The position numbers were made by a program, and so were the translations under genes. A stretch of DNA of 64,000 nucleotides from Octopus sinensis (Eukaryota): NCBI RefSeq assembly GCF_006345805.1, contig NC_042998.1:104346001-104410000 (forward strand), written 5' to 3'. The notes under the pieces were generated by a model, which had not been told where the DNA came from, searched no databases, and saw only the letters and a list, made by a program, of their open reading frames with translations. Below, piece by piece: positions 41,885-56,009 of this stretch (within the stretch, counting starts at the first letter, position 1; each line of letters begins with the position of its first letter).

Positions 41885-42283
41885 TTTACTCTTTTACTTG
41901 TTTCAGTCATTTGACTGCGGCCATGCCGGAGCACCGCCTTTAGTCGATCAAATCTACCCCAGGGCTTATCCTTTGTAAGCCTGGTACTTATTCTATCGGT
42001 CTCTTTTGCCGAACCGCTAATACGTAAACACACCAGCATCGGTTCTCAAGCGATGTTGGGGGTGACAAACACAGACACACAAACATACACACACACACAC
42101 ACATATATATATATACATACATATATACGATGGGCTTCTTTCAGTTTCCATCTACCAAATCCACTCACAAGGCTTTGGTCGGCCCGAGGCTGTAGCAGAA
42201 GACACTTGCCCAAGCTGCTACGCAGTGGGACTGAACCTGGAACCATGTGGTTGGTAAGCAAGCTACTTACCACACAGCCACTC
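41885..42283 (-). mobile_element. SINE family B, complete reference copy (head, core, internal (TA/TG)n, tail)
   Basis: The minus strand reads GAGTGGCTGTGTGGTAAGTAGCTTG...GGTTCAGTCCC...GAAAGAAGCCCATCG, (TA)(TG)n, TGTCACCCCCAACATCGCTTGAGAACC...GGCGGTGCTCCGGCATGGCCGCAGTCAAATGACTGAAACAAGTAAAAG. Confidence 0.9.
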
Positions 42284-42559
42284 CTATTGAACAATATTTT
42301 CGTTTTCTGAAAAAGCAACGTTTTGGACACTTTTGCATAATAGTAACGATTTATACAACTTAAATTTTACTCAGTTGCAATCCGTTAATATAGCAGAACC
42401 CATTAGATCTCTATAAGCAGTACATTGCGCAATTTGCACTCGACGCTAAAACATACTGTACAATTCACGCCTTACGTACGGAGCCCAACCACTTTCCCAC
42501 AAAATAGAAATACTTCTGAAATGCCACTTATCCTAGATCAGATTTCTCGAGTTCAATGA

Positions 42560-42740
42560 ATTCGCTGTGTGTTACGGATCAAGTTACAATTCTTGTTCGT
42601 GAAATTAACGTGCAGTTGAGTAAGCTCTTGACAGACACGCGTACCCTTAACGTAGATCTCGGTGAGATTTGGTGTGACACAGAATGTAACGAGGCTGGCC
42701 TTTTCAAATATAAGTACCACTCATTTATCTTGTCGAGTAG
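42560..42740 (-). mobile_element. SINE tail fragment shared with 50625-50990
   Basis: TCGTGAAATTAACGTGCA...GACACGCGTACCCTTAACGTA...GTGACACAGAATGTAACGAGGCTGGCC aligns with 50677-50785. Confidence 0.75.
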
Positions 42741-42829
42741 ACCGCGCGCGCGCGCACACACACAATACTATTGCCTACGTTGTTTTATAAACCGTACTTG
42801 TGCCGCGTGTGATGAGTAAATGACTATCT

Positions 42830-42972
42830 GTTTCTTTATTACCCACAAGCGGCTAAACATAGAGGGGACAAACAAGGACAGACAAACGGATCAAGTCGAT
42901 TACAACGACCCCAGTGCGTAACTGGTACTTAATTTATCGACCCCGAAAGGATGAAATGCAAAGTCGACCTCA
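42830..42972 (-). mobile_element. SINE family A core with variant tail
   Basis: CTGGTACTTAATTTATCGACCCCGAAAGGATGAAATGCAAAGTCGACCTC. Confidence 0.8.
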
Positions 42973-43505
42973 AATGACTATCTATCAGTTTCATCAATAA
43001 GGACACGGTTGTTCAATCAACAGAATTACCTGTTCATTCAATTACCGCGTATTTGGTCAGGTAATCTACAACTGCATGTAATTTTAAGGTAAAATCCAGG
43101 CAGAATCAATGTACAGTTTCCCTCAATTCAGTTTCATTTGCGTAATGTAAAGGGAAATGACACCTGCCCATGATGCTAACTTGGCGTGATCGACCCAATG
43201 ACTCGTTACTTCGAAGCGAACTTCTTAAGAATATGCCCATGCAAAGTTGTGTCTACAAAAATTGTGAACAATACGTTCAAGAGGCTCGAGTAATATTATT
43301 GATTTTCTTTCGTAAAGACTTAGATTATATTATAAAATATCTACGACACACGTTATGGCTCACTGCTTGAGATCCTCTGCTCTCATAACAAGCGACAGAA
43401 ACAGTAAATTTCAAGAGAAAAGTTCGAACAATCTCCACAACTAAGCAAAACATATGAAACTTATAAGCACAATTCTATATTTCCAATCAGACAGTTCTAC
43501 TCATA

Positions 43506-43701
43506 CGAGGGAGTGGGGTGCTGAAAAGTTCTTGACTTCAAGGATGTTGCGAAAGGCCCAACCTCCCGCATTCTTTTACAGGGCTTAGAAAAACTGAAGG
43601 ACTGCTGCAATAAGTATGTGCATCTAAGAGGGGAATGTGTTGAATAGAACCATAATCGTATTTTCTTTTACCCAAAGCCAGGAACTTTTCAGCACCCCTC
43701 G
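43506..43701 (+). mobile_element. Mariner-derived MITE (196 bp) retaining the last transposase codons
   Basis: TA|CGAGG(GAGTG)GGTGCTGAAAAGTTCTTGACTT ... AAAGCCAGGAACTTTTCAGCACCCCTCG|TA; internal frame LQGLEKLKDCCNKYVHLRGECVE* resembles the mariner C-terminus. Confidence 0.85.
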
Positions 43702-44479
43702 TACCTCGAAAACATTAGTACAGTGGAAAATCACGTGAGATTATGGAATATATATGGTAATAGTAACAGCATATGATTTTTAAAAAAACTTTAGGTGTTT
43801 AAGTATATATGTTCATATGTGTATATGTTTATACATGGCACTTTTGTATATGAATGTAAAGTAATTTTCATATTTGAAAACACGAGTGTAAAATTTATGC
43901 AATATTATGTGGTGTGTAACATGTCTACGATTGGCTAGAGTAAGTGTGGTGTCCCAAGGTTTAGTATAATGCAGTGTTCATAGAGTTGGTGGAATTGTGC
44001 TGCATTTCTATAATTATTGGCTTTTTAAGAATACCTATAACGTCCAGATATGGTTATTGGTTGCCCGGTTCTTTTGCCGTGTTTGTTGCTTAGCACTCTA
44101 GCAAACATCCAAAGCTTAATTTGTTTCCACAAAAAAAGTTCTTTACTGATAAGCTTCAATAAGACTGAAACAAGTATAGAGTTATCACTGCGTAACCAAA
44201 CTCAAACTCACTCACAAATACATCGCCTTTTAATCATAATTCTGAAGGGTTTTTTTCCATATTTCTTCACCAGAATTTTTCACTAAGCACTTGATTCTTT
44301 CTCCTAGTTGCGGATATAATTTTAATTAAATAACTTTCCCTATTTCACTCCATTAATTAGTTTTCCTGCTGAGGGTACCTCAGTATATTTAGCAAATCCT
44401 AATTTAGTATTATATTTGCTGTGTGGTTACAGTCCGGTTATGGCTATTGTTCGTTCTTGTGTTGCAGTAAGATTTTTCT

Positions 44480-44900
44480 ATGAAACTTCTTATCCTTGTT
44501 GCTGCTGCTTACGCCGAAGTGAGTCGTCATCACTGGCTGTTTTAACCATGGGCACTGCATATGTTCATTTCTTGTAGGGCCATAATTATTCCAATTATGA
44601 CTACTTTTCGAAAATGTTAACACGTGATTTGGCTGACTTTTTTAGCAGTGCCTTCTTTGACTTGTTGTTTCTCTGGTCATTGTATGATGGAAACATATGG
44701 AACTTCCACAAGGCTTCTATAATATTCCGTCTACCAAATGTCATTCACAAATCGTTGGTCAACCGACTTCTAGCCACACCGGATCTCGTAATTTATCCAG
44801 CTTTATCGATAACATTTTAAAACTTTCTTATAATAGTGTCTTACCGGTGTATCTGCTTCCCAGATAATGTTACTTTATATACTGTGAGTAGTAATACCTG
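44480..44900 (-). mobile_element. Possible highly degenerate RTE-like LINE fragment
   Basis: Weak minus-strand peptides YLGS, ARSRL...FG and KFHM in an RTE-like order; many stops. Confidence 0.3.
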
Positions 44901-46149
44901 TCAGTGTCCCAGTTCAGTATTAACTAGCATATGTGATGGCAATCCATCTGAATTCGGGTGCACAGTAATAGCCTTCGCTAGTGTTAGGGCGCACAGTAAA
45001 ACCACAGAATGAGTGGCAGTTTGACATGACCCGGCCAACCAGTTGGAAGTGCATAGTCAGTTGTAAATTTCATCTATCACCTCTGTTTCAAACCATGCAG
45101 ACCTGCAAAGAGACTGAATAGTCGTTATCTGAGAGGTCATAGACTGAAAGTCACCAATGCCATTCACAAAAAGAGAGGGCAAAGAGACGACAATCATTGC
45201 TGAGGAGAGAGCAATGACAATCATCTGTGAGGATAGAGCACTCACAATATGCGTGTGTGCATATATATGTGTGTGTGTATGTATGTATATATGTGTGTAT
45301 GTATATATATAAGTGTGTGTTTGTGTGTGTAATGTATATATGTGTATATACGTGTGTGTGTGCGTGTGTGTATGTATAAATTACATTGGTAATCTTCGTC
45401 GACATTAAATTTTAGTAGCTCACCGAGGTTCCATAACAACAGCAACAACAACAATAACATAATTTAAAATTTGGTAGCCATCCATAGCAAAATATTTTGT
45501 TCCTATCTCGAGTATATTAAATGATCGCATAGAGACTCTCTCGTAAGCATGCGCTGCTTTAAGTGTTTGAGTTGGTGTATGCAAACACTCCACAATAAGC
45601 ACAGCGGGAAATCCTACATTGTGACAAAGACTCGTGGCTTGTTTAACAAGCGTAATTTTATGACAGGAAGTACCACAGGGAAACGCTGTATAAATAATCG
45701 CACAAATATATAAATAGTTATAAAAGTGAATAAAATTAATATCAGAAAATATAACAAAAATATACAAAAATATAGTAAATAATCAATTATTAATATATGA
45801 ATTTTAGCAATTATTATTATACGGCTCTTGTGGCAATTTAAGGATCCGCAGAGAGAGAATATATTGAAACAAATGAGTCGTAATAGCAGCCATAATAGAG
45901 GGCGATTAGATGGGCGGAACCGAGAGAACGATGGTCAACACGTATTGCAGTGTGTAGTAGCGAATTTTTACGGTCCAGATTCCAACCCTGCTGAGTTGGA
46001 AGTTAGCTTTTATCCTTCAGGCAATCATAGGAATGAATTTAAATCAAATTGGCTCTATCTCCATATTGGAAGTTTTGTGACTATATTACAAAAAAAAAAA
46101 AAAAACCCCAAAAAAACCCAGCTGTTATGACGATGATTACAACAACTAC

Positions 46150-46300
46150 CAGCAAGTTTATATTCGAATATAGCAATCTCAGTACTTGACTAGTACTTTG
46201 TTTTATCGACCCCGAAAGGATGAAAAGTAAAGTTGACCGCAGTGGGATTTGAACTCAGAGCGTAAAGAGTCGGAAGAAATGCCGCTAACCATGATGTTGA
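46150..46300 (-). mobile_element. SINE family A
   Basis: TTTTATCGACCCCGAAAGGATGAAAAGTAAAGTTGACCGCAGTGGGATTTGAACTCAGAGCGTAAAG. Confidence 0.8.
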
Positions 46301-46474
46301 ACATGATAACAATTCTAGAAACTCATTGCCTTAAGGATAATAACGAGCAGCACCCCTGGGAATTATACCGCTATTTTAAAAACTGCACTTTACTGAAACA
46401 TTGATTCTTGAGAAGAGATAAAAATCCACATAGGCAGTATTGAAAGGATATTTAATCAATCAATCAATCAATCA

Positions 46475-46575
<101 letters not shown>

Positions 46576-46769
46576 GCAATTAATCATATCCCACATACAC
46601 TTCTACTTAGATTTCTGCCGATGTATGTATCTATTCAAACAATACGGATAAACATTTAAAACCAATAACTAAAAAGACAAAAATGAAAAAAACTTAAATA
46701 ATTGTGGTGCCCCAGCATGGCCACAGCTTTTGGGCTGCTACACATAAAAAAGGTAAAAGTAACATCCAC

Positions 46770-47298
46770 AGCTATTTGTGAAGAATATATACCCAAACAT
46801 GACAGAGTTGGGACCTATATACACTAGAAGCTATGCCAGCAGATTCCAGAAAAGGTCTCAGAAAAATAGCAAAGCAGTCATAATCTTTTATATGCTAATA
46901 CACACAAATAGAGAGAGAGCAAGGCCGATAGGTCAGATATAGATGTCAGTGACCACCAAAGAAAAATGTATTCTAATCGATATATCAATCGCAACAGATG
47001 CCAATGAAGATTTCAGGATACAGATATCTAGAAATAGAGATATTACGAATTTGAAACCTAAAAACATAAACAATCCCTTTAATAATTGGTGCATTAAAAA
47101 ACGCAAGCAGACTAACACATAACCGAAATATCAGAACTTACAGATATGTGTGACACACAGAAAATAGCACGGCTAGTCACCGCGTGCATCCTACGTAAAG
47201 CACTTTTAGAACAGCACCAGAGCGCAAACCACAACACATATCCAAGCTCACAGACTTGCGCTTTGTAGGGCAGTGAAAGCATGTGATAAAATATGAGA

Positions 47299-47365
<67 letters not shown>
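46770..47365 (+). mobile_element. RLE-type (R4/Dong-like) LINE 3' end with (AAT)n tail
   Basis: EYIPKHDRVGTYIH*KLCQ (RHD..HW.LC), IHTNRE..RP, KEKCILIDISIATDAN, YLEIEILRI*NLKT*TIPLIIGAL, RILRKAL-like end, about 100-bp UTR, then (AAT)n at 47301-47365. Confidence 0.85.
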
Positions 47366-47629
47366 TAATATATTAATATTGATAAAAACTATGATCACTA
47401 AGGGTCACTGCTGAAGGGACATTACTAGGACACGTTTTAAAAATTGGTGGAGTATATCAAAATCAGATGAATGATAAAAATGTATGAAAGAACACAGTAA
47501 CCATATTTCTATAATACATAGTTTCATTCAAGTTACTTCACACAACCATAAATACCGTGACTACTAAGAGTGTTCTCTTTTACCTGTCATCATTTTCACA
47601 CATGCACATGCGAAAACTGAGCTAATTTT

Positions 47630-48440
47630 GTGAGGCCATTTACACCCAGCTGTTACCAAATTTTCTCTAGGTCGAGACATCACCTTCTACTCCAGCTTGA
47701 TTTCCTTCTTTTAGGAAATTACTTGCCTTCAGTTCCTTCAATCAAGCCCAAAGCCATCAAAATGAGAAAAATGTCTTGCTCTTCCCAGCCAACGAACAGT
47801 AACGGATCAATTTTCAAGTTGGACTCAGCGGATAGATAGGGTCACGAAACAAGCTGTTTGAATAACTGTGTGCGAGTAATCCTCGATCACTCGAGTGCGT
47901 GGAGAACAGTTTTGTCGCTCCTTGTGCATCTTGGACAGCTCCGGTAAAATCAAAATCTATGTCTGTAAAGTTTAGTTCAAATCGATAATGGCACCAGTAG
48001 CACTACGATGCTGAAAGATTCTGGAAGTTTTCTATATACAACTCCAGGCCGAAGTTTTTTCCAGAATAAATCAGCAAATACATTCTTACGTTGTTGAAGA
48101 TTTCAGTGAGACTTACATTAGCCTTGTTCGCCAATATGTCTACTTAAAATGCTAGCGCGGAAGTTCTGCCAAGTGCATTAGCCAACGAGTAATGCAATTG
48201 GTGGAACTTCTGCGTCAGCATATGTTGTCAAATGCTTACAGAGGGGGTAAACGCTTGTCAACATTCCTGATACCAGCTTCACCGAAGACACGAGCTGTGG
48301 AAAATATGACTATTAAAGTGCTTGAATAATTTGCAGAAGCCAAAGTCTCAGAGCATATCTGCACATCACCAAATAGAACATACTGAAATAATCGTGCAGG
48401 GGGTATTGACAGTAGTTAGACTGCTTGACCCGTGGAAAGT
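47630..48440 (-). mobile_element. L1/Tx1-clade LINE 3' fragment (post-RT and C-terminal zinc knuckle)
   Basis: LVRFLWKGHFPRVKQS.YCQYP and KLYRHRF*FYRSCPRCTRSDKTVLHAL (CxxC..H); same family as 6331-8010. Confidence 0.75.
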
Positions 48441-49393
48441 GCCCCTTCCACAAGAATCGAACTAGCTTTAATCTGACCAATCAAAAATTGAGCAAGACAT
48501 GAACATGGGAATTAGGTACAAAAATATAGGAGGGGTATAGTTAATTATATCTACCAAAGTACTTCGAATAAAGGATATCAACCAGGGTAGATTGAAGAGT
48601 AAAATCGATACCAGCAAGATTCTATCTGACAACGTGTAGGGACATAACGAGCTACCAAAATAATTGTACGTCAACGTTTTATAGAGTTCTCTACAATACT
48701 AACTGCATCTAAGAAGGTTGAAATTTGGGGCCATAGGCAATTAAATCGAATTAGTAGCCTGCTGGTAAATGATTTTATCGTAACCCAAAGGATGACGGAG
48801 TTTCAACTCAGGACGTTACATGAAAAAATTTCTAAAATAAAAATGAAAAGATTATTACTAATTTTGCTTTAAACAGAGATGAATGCATAAATTAGGTGAA
48901 GTTGGATAGAAAGTAAGCGTAAGTTTTTGGAATAAGTAGAGAAAAAACATCGATTGGAGAAGTTGTTATTCACAATACGAAAATCATATAAAACAGATCT
49001 TAGTTACTGAGATATATACGAACATGTATATAGTACTTAACACATATTAACTTTGGAATGTCGAACTCATGGGAGTCAGAGATAAGTTGACATTTTTGAA
49101 TACTACCTTTAAATGAGTATACTTAAATAAGGGTATATAAATAGATAGATACGTACTTATACAAATACACACATATAAGTGCATATATATATATAAATAT
49201 GTGTTGCGTATGTCTGTGTATATCTTCGTACATACATATATGTGGACATATATTGGATATAATATATACAGTTTCTTGGGATCCAAAGGACATAAATACT
49301 GCAGGAAAAAAGAAAATGAATTTCTTAATGAAACGACGCATGGAACATGACTATGTCTTTGTTACTGCGGTGTTTACACACATACACACGCAG

Positions 49394-49554
49394 ATCGCTA
49401 GCCACTACACATTCTTTATCTTCTCTCCTTGTTCCTTTCTGTGGAAGAGCGTAAGCTCGAAACGTTAAAGACTTTTTCACTTCCCGAGCGTTAAACTAAT
49501 ACATTTGTTTGTTGTCTACTCCACCTGTCTTCGCCTTTTGTTTTTAATTCTCCC
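49394..49554 (+). mobile_element. Short Penelope-type element with near-consensus hammerhead motif
   Basis: CTTT-CTGTGGA-A-GAGC-GTAA-GCTC-GAAA-CGTT-AAAG (49435-49470); colinear with 24250-24437; ends in TATATA and (TCTA)n. Confidence 0.7.
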
Positions 49555-49584
49555 TATATATCTATATGTACACACGCATTTATC

Positions 49585-49800
<216 letters not shown>

Positions 49801-50586
49801 TATATATATTATATATATATAGATATATATATATATATATATATATATCTACTGTTTGTTCCTCTCTCTCCATCTGCATATACACAGACACACACATATG
49901 TATATACATTTATACATATGTATACTTATATGCACATCCATTTTAATTATACATATATGTGTGTATGTATGTGTGTATGTGTGCGTGCGTGTGTCTTTCT
50001 GCGTAAATGAATATATAAGTGTATATGTATTTAGTATTTATATATTTCAGAATACATACATACGTACCCACAATCAGATAGAGGGCGATCCATTTAAATT
50101 GTAAAGACTAAACATATAAATATTCATATGAGTTTAGTTCTGCTCTTTATTTTAATAAAATAGCTAATCTCAGTACTAGAAGACGCGGCACAAGGATGAA
50201 ACGTTGGGAAGCAGTGAACCGTTATTCTATACATTTGCTTGCTTTTCAATTACATACGTACATTTATAAATGTATGTATATAATTATAGATGAATATATT
50301 TAACGCCCCCCCCACACACACACATTCACATACACTCGTCCTTCAGTGTGTACGTGTACATGTGTGTATGTATGTGTGTGTGTGCACGTGTACGTTCGCG
50401 CCATGCTGTCATGAAGTCCCGTGTTCGATCCAATCGGTTAGAATTTTTAAGAAGTATATTTTAGCCTTGGGTCAACCGAAACCTGGTATTTATAAATAAA
50501 CACTTACGTACACACACATATATATATATGAATATATGCATATATATATGCATGTATATATGTAGATATTTACATGTGATCGTGTG

Positions 50587-50619
<33 letters not shown>

Positions 50620-50624
50620 CATCT

Positions 50625-50990
50625 ACTGGTTACGACGACGAGGGTTCCAGTTGATCCAATCAACGGGACAGCCTGCTCGTGAAATTAATGTGCAAGTGGC
50701 TGAGCATTCCACAGACACGTGTACCCCTTAATGTAATCTCGGGGAGATTCAGCGTGACACAGAGTGTAACAAGGCTGGCCCTTTGAAATACAGGTACAAC
50801 AGAAACAGGAAGAAAGAGTGAGAGAAAGTTGTGATCAAAGTGTGCAGCAGCGTTCACCACCAGCCCCTGCCGGAGTTTCGTGAAGCTTTAAGTGTTTTCA
50901 CTCAATAAACGCTCACAATGCCCGGTGTGGGAATCGAAACCGCAAGCCTATGACCGTGAGTCCGCTACCCTAACCACAGGGCCATTGCAA
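50625..50990 (-). mobile_element. tRNA-headed SINE (third family)
   Basis: Minus-strand head GCAATGGCCCTGTGGTTAGGGTAGCGGACTCACGGTCATAGGCTTGCGGTTTCGATTCCCACACCGGG with A/B boxes; tail shared with 42560-42740. Confidence 0.8.
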
Positions 50991-51015
50991 CTCCCAATAT
51001 ATATATACATATGCA

Positions 51016-51046
<31 letters not shown>

Positions 51047-51144
51047 CGTGTATATATATATATATATATAATGTGTATATATATATATAATATATATATA
51101 TATATTATATATATATATATATATTATATATTAAATATAGAGAC

Positions 51145-51175
<31 letters not shown>

Positions 51176-52026
51176 CAAGAGAGAGAGAGAGAAAGAGAGA
51201 GAGAGAAAGAGAGAGAGAGAGAAAGAAAGATTATGTTTTAGGTATGCAGTTAAATGTACGACTGCTACTGTTGAGTTTCGATCTCGAAGTAGATTACAAT
51301 TATCCAATCTAATTCCATTACAGTGGTTTGGCTACTAATGTTGATCTCTAGCATAAGGCAACAAAGTATTTGATCGCAACGGGATCAAGGAAATACCTCG
51401 TCGCGATCAAATATACAATTGTACTCGGATCATCCAATGAAGAGATAACTGAAAACCACAACAGTGAAACAGGTTGGGAAGAAACAATATAATATCTTTC
51501 TAGTAAACGTAATGTAGTGCTTTCTTTTCATTTATTGCAGCACTTGAAGCCAGTTTTGCTTGTTCCAGGAGCATAAGTTACTCTATGATGAGAAGTTGCT
51601 GGATACTAACAACTTCATTCTCCATTTCCGGAGGAAAGAATATTATGATTAATTCCACATGACATTCCTCATAATATAACGTAACCGATTCATATGAATA
51701 TATGTTTGTGTATGTGGAGCGAGAGGGTGGGTGAGGGGGAGAAAAAATGAAAGACAAAAAGAAAGAAAAGAAAAATAGATAGTGAGGCAGATAAAGAGTC
51801 AAAGAGATAAACCGATCTCTGTACAAAGCTAGTAGTTTATTTATCGACCCTGTCAAGTTGAAGAGTGTGACTTCAAAGGAAGAATATTGCAGTATTCATT
51901 GTTCGCGAAAATATTCACTGGAGCATCATTTTTTTTGTCCTCTGGAAAAAGGAACATGCGCACTGATACATATTTTCTGAAAGGCAACGGATAATCATTT
52001 ATGGTCATAATTTCTTGTACAAAGAA

Positions 52027-52230
52027 GGCGGCGATCTGGCAGAAACGTTAGCACGCCGGGTGGTATTTCGTCTGTCTTTACGTTCTGAAAGGCAAAGTCG
52101 CCGAGGTCGACTTTGCCTTTCATCCTTTCGGAATCGATGAATTAAATACCAGTTGCATACCGGTATCGATTTAATCGACTGGCCCCACACCCCAAAACTT
52201 TTGGGCCTTGTGCCTAGAGTAGAAAAGAAT
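52027..52230 (+). mobile_element. SINE family A, the only plus-strand copy recognised
   Basis: GGCGGCGATCTGGCAGAAACGTTAGCACGCCGGG...GCCGAGGTCGACTTTGCCTTTCATCCTTTCGG...GGCCTTGTGCCTAGAGTAGAAAAG. Confidence 0.9.
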
Positions 52231-52508
52231 TTCTTGTAGAAAGAGTTTCAAATCCAGTATCCACATGCACAGACGAAAATGCAGAGGAAGAAACCAACTA
52301 AAATAGCAAACAAGTTATATGAGCATTATTTACGCATTCTCTTCTTCATACATACATACATTTGTGCATACAATACATGCATACATTCATGCATATGTAT
52401 ATACATAGAAATATATGCATATATGTATCATGCGTACACACACAGACCCACAGTTGCCAACATATGCGCACGCACACAGGCACATACATACATACATACA
52501 TACATACA

Positions 52509-52540
<32 letters not shown>

Positions 52541-52912
52541 AACACATAGACACACAGAAATAGAAGAGTATCAAATAGAAGTTACCTTTTGAGGAAACAT
52601 GGTGAAACCAGTTTGAGTATAGTGTACAAAATACTGAATCAACGGGAGAACTAAACAGCTAAGCTTAAAATAGCGTTTCGATTGATTCACATTTCATCTC
52701 AAATGACAGTCACACATGTACACACACACACGCACAAACACATCGCACACATACACACACACGCATCCACTCACACACACACAAACACACATGGTAAAAC
52801 AAAGACTATTCGTCTATTATATGATGTATTGTTCAATTGATGTATCAAAACTGAGTCTATATAATGATCACAGGTTTAACTTACACGGGTTTAAAGAATG
52901 GTATATATAAAC

Positions 52913-52951
<39 letters not shown>

Positions 52952-52973
52952 TAGATAGGTAGATAGATAGATA

Positions 52974-53036
<63 letters not shown>

Positions 53037-53206
53037 TGGGCGTGAATATATACATGGATATATATATATACTCATATATGTGTGTGCTTATGTGTTCGTG
53101 TGTGCGAATGTGTAGGAATGTGTATCTATGTATGAGAGAGTACATTCATAAAAAACAATATATTTCTGAGTTTTGCTATTTGAGCACACATAAAATTATG
53201 AGTATG

Positions 53207-53240
<34 letters not shown>

Positions 53241-53539
53241 CGTGTGTGTGTGTGTATGTCTGTCGTATGTATGTATATATGTATAAATGTACGTATGTAT
53301 GTATAGGATCACAAATACTTTGTGTGTGTGTATGTGCGTGAATATAGATATACGTGTATGTGTGTATATGGGTGTGAGAACTTATATTGATATCACATAG
53401 GTAGATTATAAGGTGTAAATATTGTCATTAGTTTAACATAAAAATCTACCTCAAATATCAGAGGGTAGTTTCAATTACTGAAGCATGTAATTATTAGGAA
53501 AAAAATAAATAAAGCAGCGGAAAGTAACACACAGAAAAG

Positions 53540-53578
<39 letters not shown>

Positions 53579-54045
53579 TAACTCACAGAAATACACACAT
53601 ACATACACTCTCACACATGTTCTGTCACAGTTATAAACATTGTCTTACTTTCTTCCGCCCCCCCACCCCCACGTACAAACTCACGTGCAAACACGCATAT
53701 ACAATCATGTGCACATGCATACGTACTGCATATATGATTTCATACGTATCTAATATATATCTTGCTAGTCTCCACCCCGCCCCCTCTCTCTAGCCATCTA
53801 TCTATCTATCTATCTATCTATCTCTATCTATTATCTATATATATACACATTGTATGTATATATATATATATAATATTATATATATATATATATATATATG
53901 TATATGTATATATATATATAATCTATATATAATATATATATATATAACATATGTATGTATGTATATATATATTACGTATATATGTATATATATATGTTCG
54001 TACATTTACGCATAAATCCGTGAGGTTATGTTTCTATATATGTGT

Positions 54046-54083
<38 letters not shown>

Positions 54084-54222
54084 GCAAATATATATATGTA
54101 TATATATATTGTATATACATGTACGTGTATACATATATATATATGTTATATACATGTATGTGTATACATACATATATATGCTGTACACACACAGTATATA
54201 TATATGTGTGTATGTGTGTATG

Positions 54223-54267
<45 letters not shown>

Positions 54268-54887
54268 ATATATGCATTATGCATTCGAGAACGCTTGAAC
54301 CTTCAACATATAAATAAATACATAAAAGCTTCTCGATTCCTTTGCTTTATATATCCATGTGGATAAAAAGAAAAAGAAACGAAAATATATACCTCACACC
54401 CTCAAAAACTAAAAAAAAAATAATCATAAAAAATATTAGCACATTTCAATACTCTCAAAATTGATACTTTCTGCTATTTTCTGTGTACTTATAACACAGT
54501 TTCAAAGAGATTCCTGTTTGTTCCACAATTAGTAATATTTCGTTTTTTCAATTTTTTTTTTTTTCCATTTATAGTTACGAATATATTTGTTATTTATTTT
54601 AACTAAAGAGTATTTGTTTGTTAGGTTATATTTTTATGTGTTTATAAGTTTGTTTATACGTTCGTTTCTTTATTTGTGCTCTCGCAAATAATAACTGCAT
54701 TTCCGACACATCATATTGTTAAAGAAACAAACAAACTTAGGGGAAATAAAACAGAATGATTGAGGTAAAAACTAAAAAGAAAAACTTAATCTCAAAATTT
54801 TGTATATCAGTATTACATGGAAGCCTATGTGCTAATATTCTATACATAACAAATATTAAATGTGTGACATGTCATATCTATCTATCA

Positions 54888-54978
<91 letters not shown>

Positions 54979-55111
54979 AGGATGATATATTCTTGTGTAT
55001 GTATCTGTATATCTATATGAATATATGAATATAATATGAATATATTATAAATATGAATATAATATATACACAGGCACATACGATTACACAAATATGCGTA
55101 CGATATATATG

Positions 55112-55148
<37 letters not shown>

Positions 55149-55394
55149 ATGTGAGTGTATATATATATATTTATATGCATATATATATATATATCTAGAG
55201 AGAGAGAGTAAGATACATAGATATGTATATATATATGTATATCCATATATATATATATATACACTTATATGTACGTATATATTCATATATATATACATAT
55301 ATATAGGATATATCTATATCTAATATAATACACACCACACACACTCACACACATATATATAATACATATATAATATATATAATGATATATATAT

Positions 55395-55451
<57 letters not shown>

Positions 55452-55964
55452 GGCAGATAGATAGATAGACAGATAGATAAATATATATTTATATGTATGC
55501 ATATCGATTTATGTGTATATATACACTTATATACATTTATATATATATATACATACACACATATATATATACGCATATATACACATGCATATGTATATAA
55601 ATATTTATATATATACGTATATGCATGTATATATATGTGTGTGTGTATGTGTGTGTGTGAGTGTACATACAGATAGATAGACAGATATGGATACACAATT
55701 GCATACAGAGAGAGTGGAAAACAGAGGGAGAAGGAGACATTGAGATCAAGGATGCATTATGATGCACGCACCGACACAGACACAGACACACACGCACTCC
55801 ACACACACAATTGCACGCACACACAAACACTCACACACAAAACTTCGAGACATTGTATCGCAAGTGAAGACTGTTGTCATAGACACTTGTCTCCACATCC
55901 GCAATGCTGTCATTATATAGAGATATCCGTTTGGAAATCCATACCCAAACTACTTGATATATGC

Positions 55965-56009
<45 letters not shown>

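Noticed and set aside
45151-45245. SNDCRLFALSF resembling a Ulp1/C48 protease catalytic motif
   Set aside because: A single short motif next to a microsatellite with no upstream His/Asp context.
50915-50990. tRNA gene calls for the SINE heads (also 4866, 35812, 42210-42283, 52027)
   Set aside because: A/B boxes are present, but I could not fold full cloverleaves and each continues into SINE body sequence.
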